A stretch of DNA of 64,000 nucleotides from Octopus vulgaris (GCA_951406725.2 OX597826.1:15128001-15192000), one strand, 5' to 3'. Numbered from the stretch's first letter, positions 12,971 to 27,527 are shown. Numbers and translations are program-made. Notes: generated by a model from the sequence alone, not told the origin.

Positions 12971-13798
12971 TTGTAAACACATTTTCAAATGTAACAGGAC
13001 GAAATCAATGTGGTGTCAATAAATAAATGAATAAAAAAAGATAAACTCATAAAATACTTAAAACCGATAAATAAAATATGCAAATAAAATATATAAAATA
13101 AATAGTTAAAAATAAAAAGTAAATTCTTCACAATTTTATGGAATACCAGCTCCTACAAGAAATCACAAATCACAAATATTTTCAACTAATGATGCAATAT
13201 ATTTTAGTATAAAACAATTTTCGTATGAGTGTTATTCAAAACGATTGCAATGTTTTGTAGAAAATTTATTATTTATTTATGCATTCGGAATCGATGTAAA
13301 AAACTTGCAATACTTTATGTAAGAATCTTAATAATGAGTGTCCTAATTTTGGCTGATGTTTGTGTAAATGTTTATTTAATGCGTCTGTAAATTTGAGACA
13401 AAGAACGAGTGAATTTTATGTAAGGTACTGCGTTCTTGCGCTATTATATCGATCTAATAGTATTTTATATGTTACCATCGGAAATCGAAGTTAGTGACAT
13501 GAAGCTTCATTCTTATTTCCATATATTTCTTCGATCGAAGAGATAACACAAAAGTTGTCCTTGTGTTTTTATACTTATAATAAATTATTTCTCTGTACTT
13601 TCCAGTTAAAAATTTCCACAAGACCACAGCCAAACTTCAGAATTCTCAATTTATTTGAAGATGCGAAACCATATTTTAATGCTGATGAGAAAACCTGAAG
13701 ATACTTTTAACAACATAAATGAATGAAAAATGTGTATATTTTCTTTATAAACTTGAATGCGTCTTTAAAAATAAATTTTAGAAAGAGAAAGAATAAAC

Positions 13799-14222
13799 GG
13801 ATCTTTTCGGTTTGAACGGCAGTTTTTAAAAATAATTTCCACGTAACTAAACACTTTTAAACTTCGTATACTGGTAGAATGTGTTTATAAAACATCTTTT
13901 TCTCTTGGCTTTATTGAGAAAATTCTATAGTTTGTAAGATATTTGTTGTTTTTTTTTCTTCAATTTCTGCAATTTCAACCAATCAATGACATCTATTGAG
14001 GTGAAAACATTCTGTGCCGTATGAATATGTCCTTCGTTTAAGAAACAGATTGGGTTTATTTATATTTCTGAAGAAAAAAAGATACTCTTCCCCCCACCCC
14101 TAACCCTAACCCTAACCCTAAAACAGATTGAAATGCAATAGATCAATACTAGGGTCATAATTATGGGTGACAATTTCATATGATACCGCTAGAAAAAACT
14201 GCCGTTCAAACCGAAAAGATCC
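13799..14222. mobile_element. 424-bp MITE with GG termini, perfect ~29-bp TIRs and an 8-bp TSD (Merlin-like); carries (CCCTAA)4
   Basis: TIR ggatcttttcggtttgaacggcagttttt / aaaaactgccgttcaaaccgaaaagatcc; TSD gaataaac at 13791-13798 and 14223-14230. Confidence 0.92.
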
Positions 14223-15394
14223 GAATAAACTGTATCCTTGAAGGATTCTCACTATTTGATTTAGTCTGCTGTATGCATTAGAGAAACACGAAGAGTGAAA
14301 GATTCTCTCTACGTATTTGATTGGTGTTCTAAATGTGGTTAGATTTCTAGTGAAAGTGAAAAGACATTTCTACTTGAAGCTGATAAAGCTATGTTGCTAC
14401 TCGTCATGGTTATCTTTTAAAATGTATTTCAAATTTTAAATTCTTCCGACTATTTAAGATATATAATAATAAACACGATTCCAACATGGTGATAAGTTGA
14501 ATCATCAAGCGTTGTATTAAAACAGATACTGATAAATATATATTTGCGTAAGTAAACTATCATTAAAATATTTGGATCAAGATAAACACTAAACCACAGA
14601 AAAATGGATAATAAAACGTGGAGTTTCGTGTCACAACACAACAAAACCGAGGAGAAATACTGAAATATTTCATTTTATATCAATGATTGTTTACTGTAAG
14701 GGCTCATTATGCAAATATTGACTTTACTAAATACTATATGTCTAGTGAACAAAAGAATGAAATAGATTAGGTTTTACAATTATGGAGGTTTTGCTACGAA
14801 TCTATCTTGAATAGAATTTTAAAACTTAACTAGAGAAAAGCGTTTAAGAAAAGTTTCAAATGTTAAATTAATCTTGTAGCAATTCCAGAGATTCATACAA
14901 CTATATTACTAGCTAAATCAGAAAAAAATAGAATTAAAATTTTCGTGACAAAACCTGCATCATTTAACATTCTATGCAGCACAGTCTAAATATTTCCCTT
15001 TGAAGTTGCTACTGTAACTACCAGATCAATAACCATTTTAAGAAAGTTACAAAAACATATTTCGTTTAAACTTATGAATCTTCATAAAAAGTAAAAGGTA
15101 CTTTCAAAAATTTCTTTTCGCTAATTTTACAGAAAAATAAAATTTTTTATTCATTTCATGATATGTTCCTTTCTTCGCAAGCTGCGATCATTGTTTTTCT
15201 TTTTGGACTAATTTTGTATATTTTCAATAATCATATGAAAATGTCATTTAGATTTGCTTTATTTTGTTTTTGTTCAGCAGTTTAGTTAACCTTTTCACGA
15301 GTTTACATATAGTGAAGGTGTGTTTGCTAGTTAAAAGTCTTCCAAATGTTGTAAGTATCGAAATCATGGAATACTACTTTTGATTTGAAGAACC

Positions 15395-15488
<94 letters not shown>

Positions 15489-15690
15489 CACGCACGCACG
15501 CACACAGACACACACAGAATACATACATATATACGTACGTACGTGCATACAAGAAGCTACAGTGGTTTGGAGAGTATCATCACACGTATATGAAGTGAGA
15601 CTAGCGACAAGTTTCTGTAAAAACTTCAATGAAATGCAAGTATAAAAGACAACACATAATGATATGTGCCAGAGATCATATATATATGTA

Positions 15691-15983
15691 TAAAATTATA
15701 AATTAGGGTATCTTCGAGATACCACCATGCTGAAAATAGCAGCCATGATCTGACTTTAAAACCACCTAAATCGTCCATATATCAACACGGAGAAAAAAAC
15801 AAAGAGACAAGATAAAACTAGTAAAAGATTATTGGATAATTCTAGATGGTGGTATCTCGTAGATACCTTAATTTATAATTTTAATAATTATTACCTTTGA
15901 AGGTTATTTTTTCCATGCTGACCACTTGCTAAAATCGTTATTTTATTTTTAAATTAACGATCTTATCCTTATTTATATAAATT

Positions 15984-15990
<7 letters not shown>
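15691..15990 (+). mobile_element. Short dispersed element with a terminal fold-back (probable PLE 3' terminus)
   Basis: 38-bp inverted repeat 15691-15728/15846-15883 with 2 mismatches; tail similar to 53435-53532; TA-rich repeats on both sides. Confidence 0.55.
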
Positions 15991-16051
<61 letters not shown>

Positions 16052-16054
16052 TAT

Positions 16055-16084
<30 letters not shown>

Positions 16085-16085
<1 letters not shown>

Positions 16086-16300
16086 GTGTGTCTTTGTGTC
16101 TGTGCATGTCCACAACCACCGTTTGACAACCGGTGTTAGTGTTCTTATGTCCCCGTAAGTTTGCGGTTTGACAAAAGAAACCGATAGAATAAGTACTAGG
16201 CTCAAAGAATAAGTACTAGGATCGGTTTATTCTACTAAAAGTTCTCCAAGGCGGTGGCCCAGCATGGCCGCAGTTTAATGACTGAAACAAATGTAAGAAA
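16085..16300 (+). mobile_element. SINE family A, 3' half
   Basis: ttgacaaccggtgttagtg..ccgatagaataagtactagg..ggcggtggcccagcatggccgcag. Confidence 0.8.
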
Positions 16301-16886
16301 AATATTTCATTATAAATCTATGTGCCATTTCCCGCAACGGGCGGAGAATTCTATAGTTGTTGCATAGTTTGTCTTCCAGATGCTTTCATAATTTGTCTTT
16401 CCTACAGGCAAGGAGACAGATTTCTGTCATATTTGTTATATATTGTTTCAAAGAACGTACGATCTTGCTGACATTTTGAGACAGAGGACAAATTTTTAAA
16501 ATCTCATCGTCGTTGCTTACACTTACCTAACTTATTCATGGATATATATATACGGAAGTTTTGACATAACTTGAAGATTTTATGGAAATTTGCTATTTAC
16601 GGAAGTTTTGACGTATCTTGAAGCTTTTATGGAAATTTATTACTATGTAGCGCAGTACGCCTGTTATATACAAACGAAAATCAAAAGCCTGGATTGTTCA
16701 GCACATATATGCTCTTTTGTCCACAATTTAGAGGAAACACACATTCTCTGGGCTTCTAACTTCTTCAATAGTGCATGACTTTTATTCAATGCCCTGTTCA
16801 ATGTCTTTTTGCTTAGTATGTATGCATTTATGTACGTACGAACATACATGTGTATGCATGTCTGTCTGTCTGTATTTATGTATGTA

Positions 16887-17059
16887 GGGAGAGTTTACGA
16901 AATAAGACAAAAGACGAAGACATGTGGTGTACAAAACAAACAGATATATTACTATAGCGCTCAAGAATAGAAAAAGTCTTTTACGTTTCGAGCCTACGCT
17001 CTTCAACAGAAAAGGACACAGAAAAAAACAAGGAGAGAAAAATAGGAGAGAAAAAAAGA
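16887..17059 (-). mobile_element. Solo 3' terminus (pLTR fragment) of the Neptune-like PLE, containing a minimal HHR-like motif at 16978-17014
   Basis: Homologous to 48608-48790, 50826-50972 and 55355-55550; minus strand tttt CTGTTGA agagcgtaggctc GAAA cg TA aaag. Confidence 0.75.
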
Positions 17060-17069
17060 TGTATGTATG

Positions 17070-17600
17070 TTTGTCATTGTTCAGTTTTATTTCAAGATTT
17101 CTTGCCAATAGAGAAAGAGCCAGTTTCTAACCTAGATCTAAGGCTCTTTCATTGGGATTTCAACATCAAGAACAGGGTATTTTTGTATGTGTGTATGTAT
17201 GTATGTATGTATGTATGTATGTATGTATGTATGTATGTATGTATGCATGCATGCATTTATGTATGCATGTATGTATGCATATATGCATGTATGTGTATGT
17301 GTAGATTTGTATATTTTGCGTTATGTATGTATTCTCATGCGTATAGTTGCATATCTAAACATGCTCATACATATTTAAATGCTAAACTTCTGGAAAGTTT
17401 TACAGATTTTTACATTTCCAGTAATGGATTGGATCTGCAGTCTTCGAATTAGCTTTCTCCTTTCTGGCTTTGAGAAGCCTAATTTCTCAAGATTGGTATT
17501 TAGGCAGTGTGTTACATATCCCATGGCCTCAATAATTACATGTATAAACCTGAACATATAATCTGAATAGAGTAACTGCAGATTTTTCAGTAGTTCAACG
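17070..17600 (-). mobile_element. R4/Dong-like (RLE-type) non-LTR retrotransposon 3' fragment
   Basis: ELLKNLQLLYSDYMFRFIHVIIEAMGYVTHCLNTNLEKLGFSKPERRKLIRRLQIQSITGNVKICKTFQKFSI* is homologous to ORF 59331-59597; its 3' UTR (17075-17185) resembles 59590-59685. Confidence 0.75.
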
Positions 17601-17724
17601 TAAGTATTTTATGTATGTATGCATGTATGTATGTATGTATGTATGTATGTACGTACGTATGTATATATGCATGTACGTATGCTTGTATGCGTGCATGATG
17701 TAGGTGTGTATGTATATAATTCTT

Positions 17725-18350
17725 TTTTTTTTATTATTCATTACAAATATTTCTGGAAGGCGAGAGCTAGTTCCTAACACCAAACAGAAGCGCCATCATT
17801 CGAATTCGGAAGACAACAACGATGATACAAATCGAATTTCAGAAAGTTTTATATATTTTTACTATTCTTCTTATTGATCATGCCTTGAAGTTTCTGTCAA
17901 ATGGTCTCTTTTTCTCTCCCTTTCTTTCTTTCTCTATCTCCTATCCCCCTCTCTCTTTCTCTCTTTTTGCTTGAGAATCCTAACTTTTCCAGATTGTTGC
18001 CTTGACATTTGCTAACATAACCAAGTCCACAAATGATTTTTGGAATAAATGTTAATTTGAAATCATAGGAGACGACTTACAGTTTTCGAAGCAGTTGTAT
18101 GTCCATAAATATTCTCCTTCTCGTTCATCTTGGAAGAGATGTTCACATTTGTAGCGTAGCTACTTCGATGGCGGTACATCACTTCTATTCGTTCCCAAAG
18201 AACTATGTTCGATCTTTTATGTTTGCACTTGGTAGAAGCTTTAATCCGAAATATATTGAGAATGTACCATCAACAGTCCTTGTGTATGTATTCCATGGCA
18301 GGATTTTAAAAATATTTCCCCGGGACATTTTTCCTGCAGATAGTGTGGTA
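17725..18350 (-). mobile_element. Second, more decayed R4/Dong-like 3' fragment
   Basis: Minus strand reads approximately IYGHTTASKTV..FKLTFIPKIICGLGYVSKCQGNNLEKLGFS with frameshifts; similar 3' UTR. Confidence 0.55.
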
Positions 18351-18364
18351 TATAGTTCTATCTT

Positions 18365-18735
18365 TTACTTGTTTCAATCATTAGACTGTCACCCTGCTGT
18401 AATACCTCCTTGAACCTGTGAGGTCGAATGAATCGACTACAGTGCTTCTCTTTCGTTTTAAAGCCTGGTATTATTCTATCGGGCTCTTTTGCTGAATCTC
18501 TAAGTTACAGAAATGTAAACACACCAGCACCGGTTGTCAAGTGGTGATGGAAAACAAAGAGAGACACACAGACACAAACGCGCGCGCACACACATACACA
18601 TGGAATATGCTTTTTTTAGTTTCCTACCAAATCCTCTCACAAAGCTTTAGAAGACTCGAAGCTATAATAGATGACACTTGCCAACGTACCATGCAGTCTG
18701 GGATGCAAGCTTCTTACCACACGCCCATGCTTGTC
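18365..18735 (-). mobile_element. SINE family A, degenerate
   Basis: ttacttgtttcaatcatt..ttattctatcgggctcttttgctgaa..gtaaacacaccagcaccggttgtcaag..gacacttgcc. Confidence 0.65.
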
Positions 18736-18912
18736 GCAGTCGGAGATGACATTTTGCGTAGTTGTTAATTATATACACCTTGCTCTCCGAAAAAAAGAAT
18801 GATATAATCGGTACAACAGCATTATAGACCTCCGGGCAATCTAAGGCACTGAGATTTCAAAATTCATAACAGCATACAAAGATTCGCGTCAGGTCCTTAT
18901 ACTCAAAGTGAT

Positions 18913-19147
18913 ACCTATTTCTTTACTACCCACAAGGGGTTAAACACAGAGAGGACAAACAAGGACAGCCAAACGGATTAAGTCGATTATATCGACCCCA
19001 GTGCGTAACTGGTACTTATTTAATCGACCCCAAAAGGATGAAAGGCTAAGTCGACCTCGGCGGAATTTGAACTCAGAACGTAGTGCAGACGAAATACCGC
19101 TAGGCATTTCGCCCGGCGTGCTAACATCTCTGCCAGCTCGCCGCCTT
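18913..19147 (-). mobile_element. SINE family B, full length
   Basis: Complete head (aggcggcgagctggcaga..gttagcacgccgggcgaaatg..gagttcaaattcc) through the tail. Confidence 0.9.
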
Positions 19148-19477
19148 AAAAGGAATACCGGAGTAATGCAATACTGTAAGATCGTAACATATATAATTAC
19201 AGAATATTTTAATTAATGTCGTGCCCCCAGAGTCAATGGGAGACTGGGTAACTTTCCTGCCTTTCGTGCCTCAAGATAGAATTTTGTATTTTATTTATTT
19301 ATGTTCTGAGTTCAAATTCTGATAAGGCTATCTTTATCTTTTATCCTCCCAGGTTTGGCAAAATAAAGAAATAGTCAAGTACTCAATCGATTTTATTCTT
19401 GTAATGTATATAATTTGTGAAAGGAATAACAATAAAAGTATCGGACTATGTAAATGTAAGTACTATATTAATATAAG

Positions 19478-19528
<51 letters not shown>

Positions 19529-20879
19529 GATGATCATGATGATCATGATGATAGTAATCAAAAGTTAAGAAAACAAATTCCCGAAAATGGTAGATTAATT
19601 ATGTATATTTAGTTATGTAATTCATATACTTCTACGTTTTCTTCTGGCTCACATATACATGGGTCTACGTATATACGTATACTTATATTTGACTGTAAAT
19701 AGTTATACTTATTTATGTTATCAATATACATGTGATTATGAGTCTGAGTGAATGCTTATACGTACATACTCTATACATACGTCATATCGTATGAACTATT
19801 ATTTTAGAGCCGGGGCAATAAATTTCCGAAAGCCGAAAAGTAAAATGGCGTAGGAAATATGGACAAAGGTACGTATAGCCGAATATCACCGAAGTAAGAC
19901 GAACAAAGCCGTAAAACAACGGGCAAAGGCGAAAGGCTACTTGACGGCTGCTACTTTCCATCTTCCACTCCATATATCTTTATGGCTGATGTTTTTCCCT
20001 CTTACTAAGCAAAAAGAGACGAAAATTCAATGGTTTGGAGGCTCCCACAGCGGCCAGCTTTGATGTATCCACGCCCTTTAGTTCTTCACCAAGGAAACAA
20101 TTGTTTTTATTTCTGTTTTATCTGGAGGCTGGCCGAATACATAACAATAAAATACGATACCAACAATAAGAAGAACCACAATAAAAACGTTAAAAAGATA
20201 AAAACGGGAAATTCAAAGTTGGCGTAGATTTTTATTTTCTTTAAACGAGTGGTGAGAAATTGTGCTCAGTGTGAGATTCAGTGGCTCTAAGCTTGTTTGT
20301 GTGTGTGAAGTTCTCCTTTCTATCCGTTTTTATGATTCCGGATTTACTGCTATAAATAAACAGGTACTTGCCACAAAGTCGTAAAATGAAATTTAAAGCA
20401 CCCCCCGATCTAACGTATTCGCACACAAATACACATACTTGAAAAATAGACATAACGTATATAAACATACGCACGCAAATACACTCACACACATAAACAC
20501 ACACACACACAGAGGCACTAAATATATATATCTGAATGTGTGTGTGTGCGTGCGTGTGCGTGCGTGTGTGTATGTGTGTACGGGTTTATATGCATATATG
20601 GACGCTCGTACATATAATCACGTATAAGATTTCGGTAAGATAACACTTAAAAAGTATAACAACAACAACAACAACAACGATGATGACGATAACAATAACA
20701 ACAACTACGAGACAACGAGGAATCCTCAATATGGTCACCCGGCATGCTAGAAATAGTAGCTAAATCTTCGAAGAACACTGGATAAAATATTCCTCGATAT
20801 ATTGCTTTGAACAAAAGATAATCTAGTGAAGACTTAGATGCCTTTGTCCATAGACTTGCTTATTCATTTGACTTGAGAT

Positions 20880-21086
20880 TAAACAACAACAATTACAACA
20901 ACAATGGCAAAAACAGTGGCAACAACAACGACAACAACGATGATATTAATACTACTTCTAATATGAATGATGATCGTGGTATGAATTTAGACGACGAAAA
21001 TGATAGTTGTAGTTGTGGTAGTGAAGATGATGATGACGATGATGACAATGATGATGAAGATGAAGATGATGATGACGATGATGATT

Positions 21087-21128
<42 letters not shown>

Positions 21129-21430
21129 GTGATGGTGATGATGATGGTGATGATGATGACGATGACGATGATGATCATGATCATGATGGTTGCGGTGGCA
21201 GGTGGACTAATCAGTGATGGTAGGGGTAGTGGGGAAACTGCTGTTGATGGCGGTAATGATAATGGTGTTGCTTTTGTTTTGTTGCTGTTGTTGTGCCTGA
21301 TGATGACGTTGATGACGATGACGACGATGATGATAGTGATGGCAACGATGACGACGACGACGACGATGATGACGACGATGACGATGACGAAGACGATGAT
21401 GATAATGATGATATGACGACGGTGATGATA
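20880..21430. repeat. Compound trinucleotide microsatellite (AAC/GAT/GAC)
   Basis: Direct reading; produces poly-D/M/I ORF artefacts. Confidence 0.95.
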
Positions 21431-23649
21431 ATATAAATACAACTGCAGAAGCGTCAAACACATTTTAACAGGGAAACTCAGTGTCAGAAAGGAAATTACA
21501 GGTACAAATGGGCGTGGTACAAATATATACATCCCAAGGTAAAACTTAAAGTCCAAATAACACTGCAAGTTATTTGTAGAGGTTAGACAAATAAGGCCTG
21601 AACATACGGATGGCGTTTCGAAGACAGCCCACTCCTTGCTGATCATATAGAACACGGGTTCTAATGTAAATGGAGAACTTCTATAATGCAAAAGAGTCGG
21701 CGAAACAAGTTTTTAAGAGTAAAAAAATAAAAAAGAATGAAGCAAAAAAACAAAATATATTTTCTACTTGTTTCGTTCATTGGACACGGCCTTGCTGGGG
21801 CACCACATTCAAAGTCTTAGTCGAAGATTTTAGTCGAAAAATTCGGTAGCTATATTTATTCTGTTAGTTTCTGTTGCAGAACCGTTACTTTAAAAGGACA
21901 TATATAACCCAACACCGGTCGTCAGATGGTGGTTGGGACAAAGACACACATACATACACATACATACATAGACAGACAAACACATACATACAGAGACATG
22001 CATAGACACACACATGCGTGCTTGCACAAATTCATACGCTCACATACACACATGAATATATACAGTGTCCGTCCAGGAGACATTAGTCGGACATCGTGCT
22101 GCAGAATGGGACTGAGCCGGAAACGACGTGGTTGCAATGAGGGCTTCTTAACTATACATCCATGTCTGCGCCCAAGAAATAAACATGAAAATCAAGAAAT
22201 TTTTCTTTACATAAAAAGAAACAATTAAGTAGGAACTAGAAGTTTGAATTAAGAGCAAAATAACAGAGAAAAGGTTAAAGACAAGAAAAAAAGTAAAACG
22301 GAATACCTAACTATGGATTAAAGAGAAAAAAAAAAACGGAGTGAAAACCCCACTCAGTAGTCACTAACCTTAAGACTCGATTGAAAAGAAACCAGGGTAA
22401 ATGTCCACAGTTGTCTAAAAATTCTGAGTTAAAACATAATCAAGCTTAAATTCAGTTGGAAGGGACCAAAGTCTAGTCAGCTGCTTAATAAAATATCAAT
22501 GGCTTCAAATTTTGACACAGAGTCGGCAATTTCAGAGGGGAGGATAAGTTGATTATTTTACTGGACGGAAGGATGAAAGGCAAAGTGCCGCATAGCGTTT
22601 TTTTCCGACGCGCTGATCGATTCTTGACTGTTCGATGACGCTTTTTGATAATTGCGACGACGACGACGACGATGACGACGATGACGATGCACGTAATTTT
22701 ATGAGAGAGGGTATATCGATTACATCGATCTTAAAATGGAAGAAAAGCAAAGTCAACTCCGGCGGGGTTTCAAATCAAAACGTGAAGAACCGAAAGAAAT
22801 GCTGATAAGCATTTTCGTCTGATGACTCTGCCAGTTCGCCGCCCAATCGAGAAATGTAACAATTCTTTCTACTATAAACACACTGCCTGAAATTGTAAGG
22901 GAAGGCATAGTCGATTACACCGAACCAACCCCGAAAGAATGGGAGGCAAAGTCGACCTTGGTGGAATTTAATCTCAGAACATAAAGCCGGAAAGAAAGCC
23001 GCTAAGGATTTTGTCGGACATGTTGCCCAATTTACAAAAATGATAATGAAAATAAATAATACGTCCAGAATATGCAATTAAACGCATTATCTCTGTGTCC
23101 AATCGTTCCTAACTCCGAGGTTATATATGGGTTAGACTGAGTCAGCTATATCGAATGGGATATTTTCGATAGCAATGCTTTTATTTTTTGAGAATCAATC
23201 CAGGTTATATTAAGGTGTGTTTTCCTCCTATTTCTTGCTTCTAAAATAGATTGGTTCACAAGTAACAGCTCTTTCATATCTTCTACTATTCTGGTAACAC
23301 ATTATCTCAACAATATACTGAGTCTTCGTTGTGATGCAAACGTGTAACTAACACTATATGTGATAAGGATCAAGTTCCAATTATCAAGCATGCACTTGTC
23401 CTGAGTAGCAACGAGATCAAGGAAAACCGTCCAGATTTCCAGTCATAACTGTCACCAAATCAACCGTGCAACAAATACGAAAGTTGCTGTACATCTACCT
23501 GGTCACTAGATTTCAGCAGCTTGAAAAAATAATTTCTTTCGTGTTCGTATGAAACACCTGTCTTAGGCAATGATAATGTGAAAATAGGTAAAAATATGAA
23601 ATTTCAGCGTCCGGGCAGACTAATAGATATAGCAATGCGAGATAATGAA

Positions 23650-23922
23650 TTTCGGAAACATTTTTTTTCACGCTAAGAGTTGCTGAAGCATGGAACAAAC
23701 TGCCGGCATCAGTTGTTAGTTGTCGGAGCACTGCATCCTTCAAAACTTCCATGCTTCCTGAGATTCACCAACACTACACCTGATTTTCTCCCCTCCATAC
23801 ACACGCAAGCATGTATCTGACTCATACACTGTTCACTTCCCAGACATTTGTACATTACTGCATATACTTTATACGCACTTTTTGACAAGTTGTGGTGCAT
23901 CTGAGCACTGTATACAATAATT

Positions 23923-23988
<66 letters not shown>
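23650..23988 (+). mobile_element. CR1-clade LINE 3' end with a (TTA)n tail
   Basis: FRKHFF/TLRVAEAWNKLPASVVSCRSTASFKTSM matches the CR1/L2 ORF2 C-terminal motif (FFxxRVxxxWNxLP...SFK); followed by a 3' UTR and (TTA)n. Confidence 0.8.
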
Positions 23989-23990
<2 letters not shown>

Positions 23991-25906
23991 ACTTGATGGC
24001 GTGCAGAAGTGAGCTGTAAAGCTTAGAAATTACAATGAGTAGCGTGGCAGCAGAGAGAGAGAGGATGTGTCTATTATCATTTATACTTGACACAAAGAAT
24101 ATTCAAGAACTAACCATTCTAGGATTTGCAAACATTGTTAAGGTATATTTGCACAGGCTTTCGAGATCTTCGGCATTGTTGTTAAACTTAAGCATATCTG
24201 TTGACCTTAGAAACTCCTTTTTGCCATCATTGTTAACACACGGAACTCGTATTAGCGTTGAAAAAACCTGTAAACCTTGAACTTTTTTGATTATTTACAT
24301 TGAACAACTTAGCTAACCATCAACAGCTATGTTAGCCTTCAAATCTTCTGCACATTTTCTCCAAGATGTAACGAATTCATGTCCCCAAAAAAGAAACTAA
24401 AAATGGTTAAGATAATATAATCTGCCGACAACACACAAAGCCTTGAATCTATTCTGTCTATCAAGCTGGTTCCAGAAGAGCAGAAAATATGAAAGAACTG
24501 TTAGTTGTGAACCAATCTATTTTAGAACTAAGAAATAGGAGGAAAACACACCTTAAGATAATCTGGATTGATTATAAAAAAAAAACAAAAACGCATTGAT
24601 ACTGAAAACATCCCAAAATAAACACTTGAAAACCAATCCGACAACACATAATACACGCAAACACAACTCAGGAAAATAACACAACTCTCATTCCTCATAT
24701 TCTGCACAACATAGAAGATGCTAAAATTTATAAAGAACAGCAAAACCAAACCCGTTGGGACAGATAATTTGGAGCTTGAGCAAGTAGAGATAACACAGGA
24801 ACAAGACAATTCCACAATATACAAGTAGTTCTGGTTGGATGTGTGGGGAAGCAGCTCCTCTTCTAGCCTCGGCTCTTTCTCTGTATATACATCCATTCGC
24901 TCCGATTTGGTCGATGGAGAGCACATCACGCTATACAACGACCATAACTTCTTTCAACTGCCCCTCAGGACATATTTGAACTCAGGACACATTTCAGTTT
25001 CTCCGTTGCTTTTTCTTCGATTTATTCCTTGGGCAAAGAGTTACTGCTTTTTGAGACTTATCACTCCCAGTCAGTTTCTCACCTAGGTACTGACGGATGA
25101 TGAATGCTGTGATTTCAAAGAAGCTCTTGTTAAATTTGTTATTAAAGTTATTAAAGCGATCGCAACTTTTTCCATTTATATTTATTAAAGATTTTATTAT
25201 TGCGACTACCTTTAACAGTTTTTTAGTTTTTAGTTTGACTGTTTTTAAAGGCAAGCAAACCACGAACGATCAAAATGATAATAAAATAGTTCAAGCAAAC
25301 AACTTTGAACACAACATACATAAAAAATTAAATTAAAAATCTGTAAATCCTTAATAAAAATCATTAAGGAAAAAAATATCGTAAGAAAAAATGGATGAAA
25401 AACAAATCATAGATTAATATAACAAAACAGAGAAAGAATTATCCGAAGTTGGAGACTACTTGAAAGAGTTCCTCATCAAATGAAAAGGAATTCGTTGGTT
25501 TAAAAAACGACAATGATTCTCTGAACAAATTCCACTCTTTGATTTTAACCGAAATCGATTTTATCAGGAATCACATAAAAATGGGATAGAAATCAATGCA
25601 GAACCAGCAGAAGGAAGAATTCTGGCAAGAAGAAGGGGCAATGATGAAATGATTTTAGGCGAGATTGGTCAAAACAACAAGTGCGGTGCTTGAACAATGG
25701 TAGGAAGGTATTATAGAACGAGAATTATTCTAAAGAAGCTAAAGAACAATAACAAGAACAAAAAATGTGAAAGGTGCCAACAGACAATAAAAACCTAAAT
25801 GTAAAAATACGCAACAAGCACACATCAATGCAAATTATAATAATAGAAACAGAAGCAGCAGCACCAGTAGCCGCACCACCACCGCTGCCGCCGCCGCCGC
25901 CACTAA

Positions 25907-25939
<33 letters not shown>

Positions 25940-26063
25940 CAACAGCAGTAATAGTATATTAACGTGTTAAATGAAACAGTAACACTGATTGATTTAATCA
26001 AACTCGTGACATACTTTCCTACAAACTACCAGGCCAATCATGGCGACTGTATATATACATGGC

Positions 26064-26114
<51 letters not shown>

Positions 26115-26204
26115 CATTTATATATGTATGTGCATATATATAACATATATATTTATACACATATAACAGATACGTATGTATGTATGTATGTATGCATAAA
26201 TGTG

Positions 26205-26254
<50 letters not shown>

Positions 26255-26407
26255 AATCTATGTATCTTAATACACTTGCATCACGTGAAACCAAATGATC
26301 GGTATTTATCCTGCGATAATACTTTTTTTTTTAAGTGTACCGTGTCAAGAATAACACGTACAACTATATCAATATCAAAACAAAATAGCGCAGCAGCCGA
26401 GGTGGGG

Positions 26408-26452
26408 TTGCTGGATGCAAATTTCGGCCTCTTTGGGCTTCGTCAGTAGCAA
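26408..26452 (-). ncRNA. Type I hammerhead ribozyme motif (slightly degenerate)
   Basis: ttgcta CTGACGA agcccaaagaggcc GAAA tttgca TC cagcaa: stem I ttgct/agcaa, stem II gcc/ggc, 1-bp stem III, AUC cleavage triplet. Confidence 0.75.
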
Positions 26453-27305
26453 GTCCTCAGTGGCAACTGCATGTTAATAAAAAAAAAAGTCCGTCGTCCA
26501 TGGTATAGATAAGCAGTGATTGATAATTTATGATGTTGCAATTAGCCGGCCGACTGAATATAAATTCGTTATGTGCAACAGAAGCAATATTAGTATGAAA
26601 CAGCAGTCTCTGTAACATACTTAATGCAGATATATTACAGGAAGCCAAATTATAGTGATATTCGTCCTGAGATGATATTTCTTATAAAAATATGTCAGTA
26701 CCATATATCAATATATTGTACCTGCAAATTAAAGGTACACTATCTCATGTTTATTCTGCCTTTTAATTACGTTGAGATACACAAGTCTTTTGAATATCCA
26801 GTCATTTAAACGCTTATTTCAGGAGTAGGTAATTCCGTTGATTGAACAATTGTACTCCCAAATATCCGTTTTAAAATGCACCTACTTGTCTATCCACATG
26901 AGCGCACATATGTACTATACGTATGTGACTTACAAAATAGTTTCACTAAACTCCGTATAAATCTATCATTTACCCTCAAACTCACTTCCCCATCAAGAGC
27001 ATCGTCCTTTTTATTATATATTTTATCAGCGTTTCATCTTCATTTTATTAGTTCATCACATCAAATTCAATGGATAACTTTTATACAGTATAATAAAATG
27101 GCCGTTTAAGCGCCATTATATATCACAATATTTTAGATAAAATGACAATGAACCAATCACCACAGATACTAACTCGGGACACAGACTTGGGTTTCGTATG
27201 GTGGTAAATGTATCGACACAACGACTTCAAGTAATTAAACACCTAATAAATCAATAAAGGTTAGAAAATGAGATCGAGGGAGTGGATGCATCAGTGGCAG
27301 TATAC

Positions 27306-27364
<59 letters not shown>

Positions 27365-27487
27365 TATACATATATATACATATATATATACCTCGCTCAG
27401 AGATTTATTATTGTTACATATATATATATACTGGAGTAAACACATAAATGTGAAACAAGGTGGGAAAAAAAGAGTACTCAACTACCA

Positions 27488-27527
<40 letters not shown>

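Noticed and set aside
14098-14121. True telomere or chromosome fusion site
   Set aside because: Only four repeats, and they lie inside a MITE with TIRs and a TSD.
24000-25760. Possible ancient LINE remnants
   Set aside because: Composition is suggestive, but no diagnostic motif could be read with confidence.
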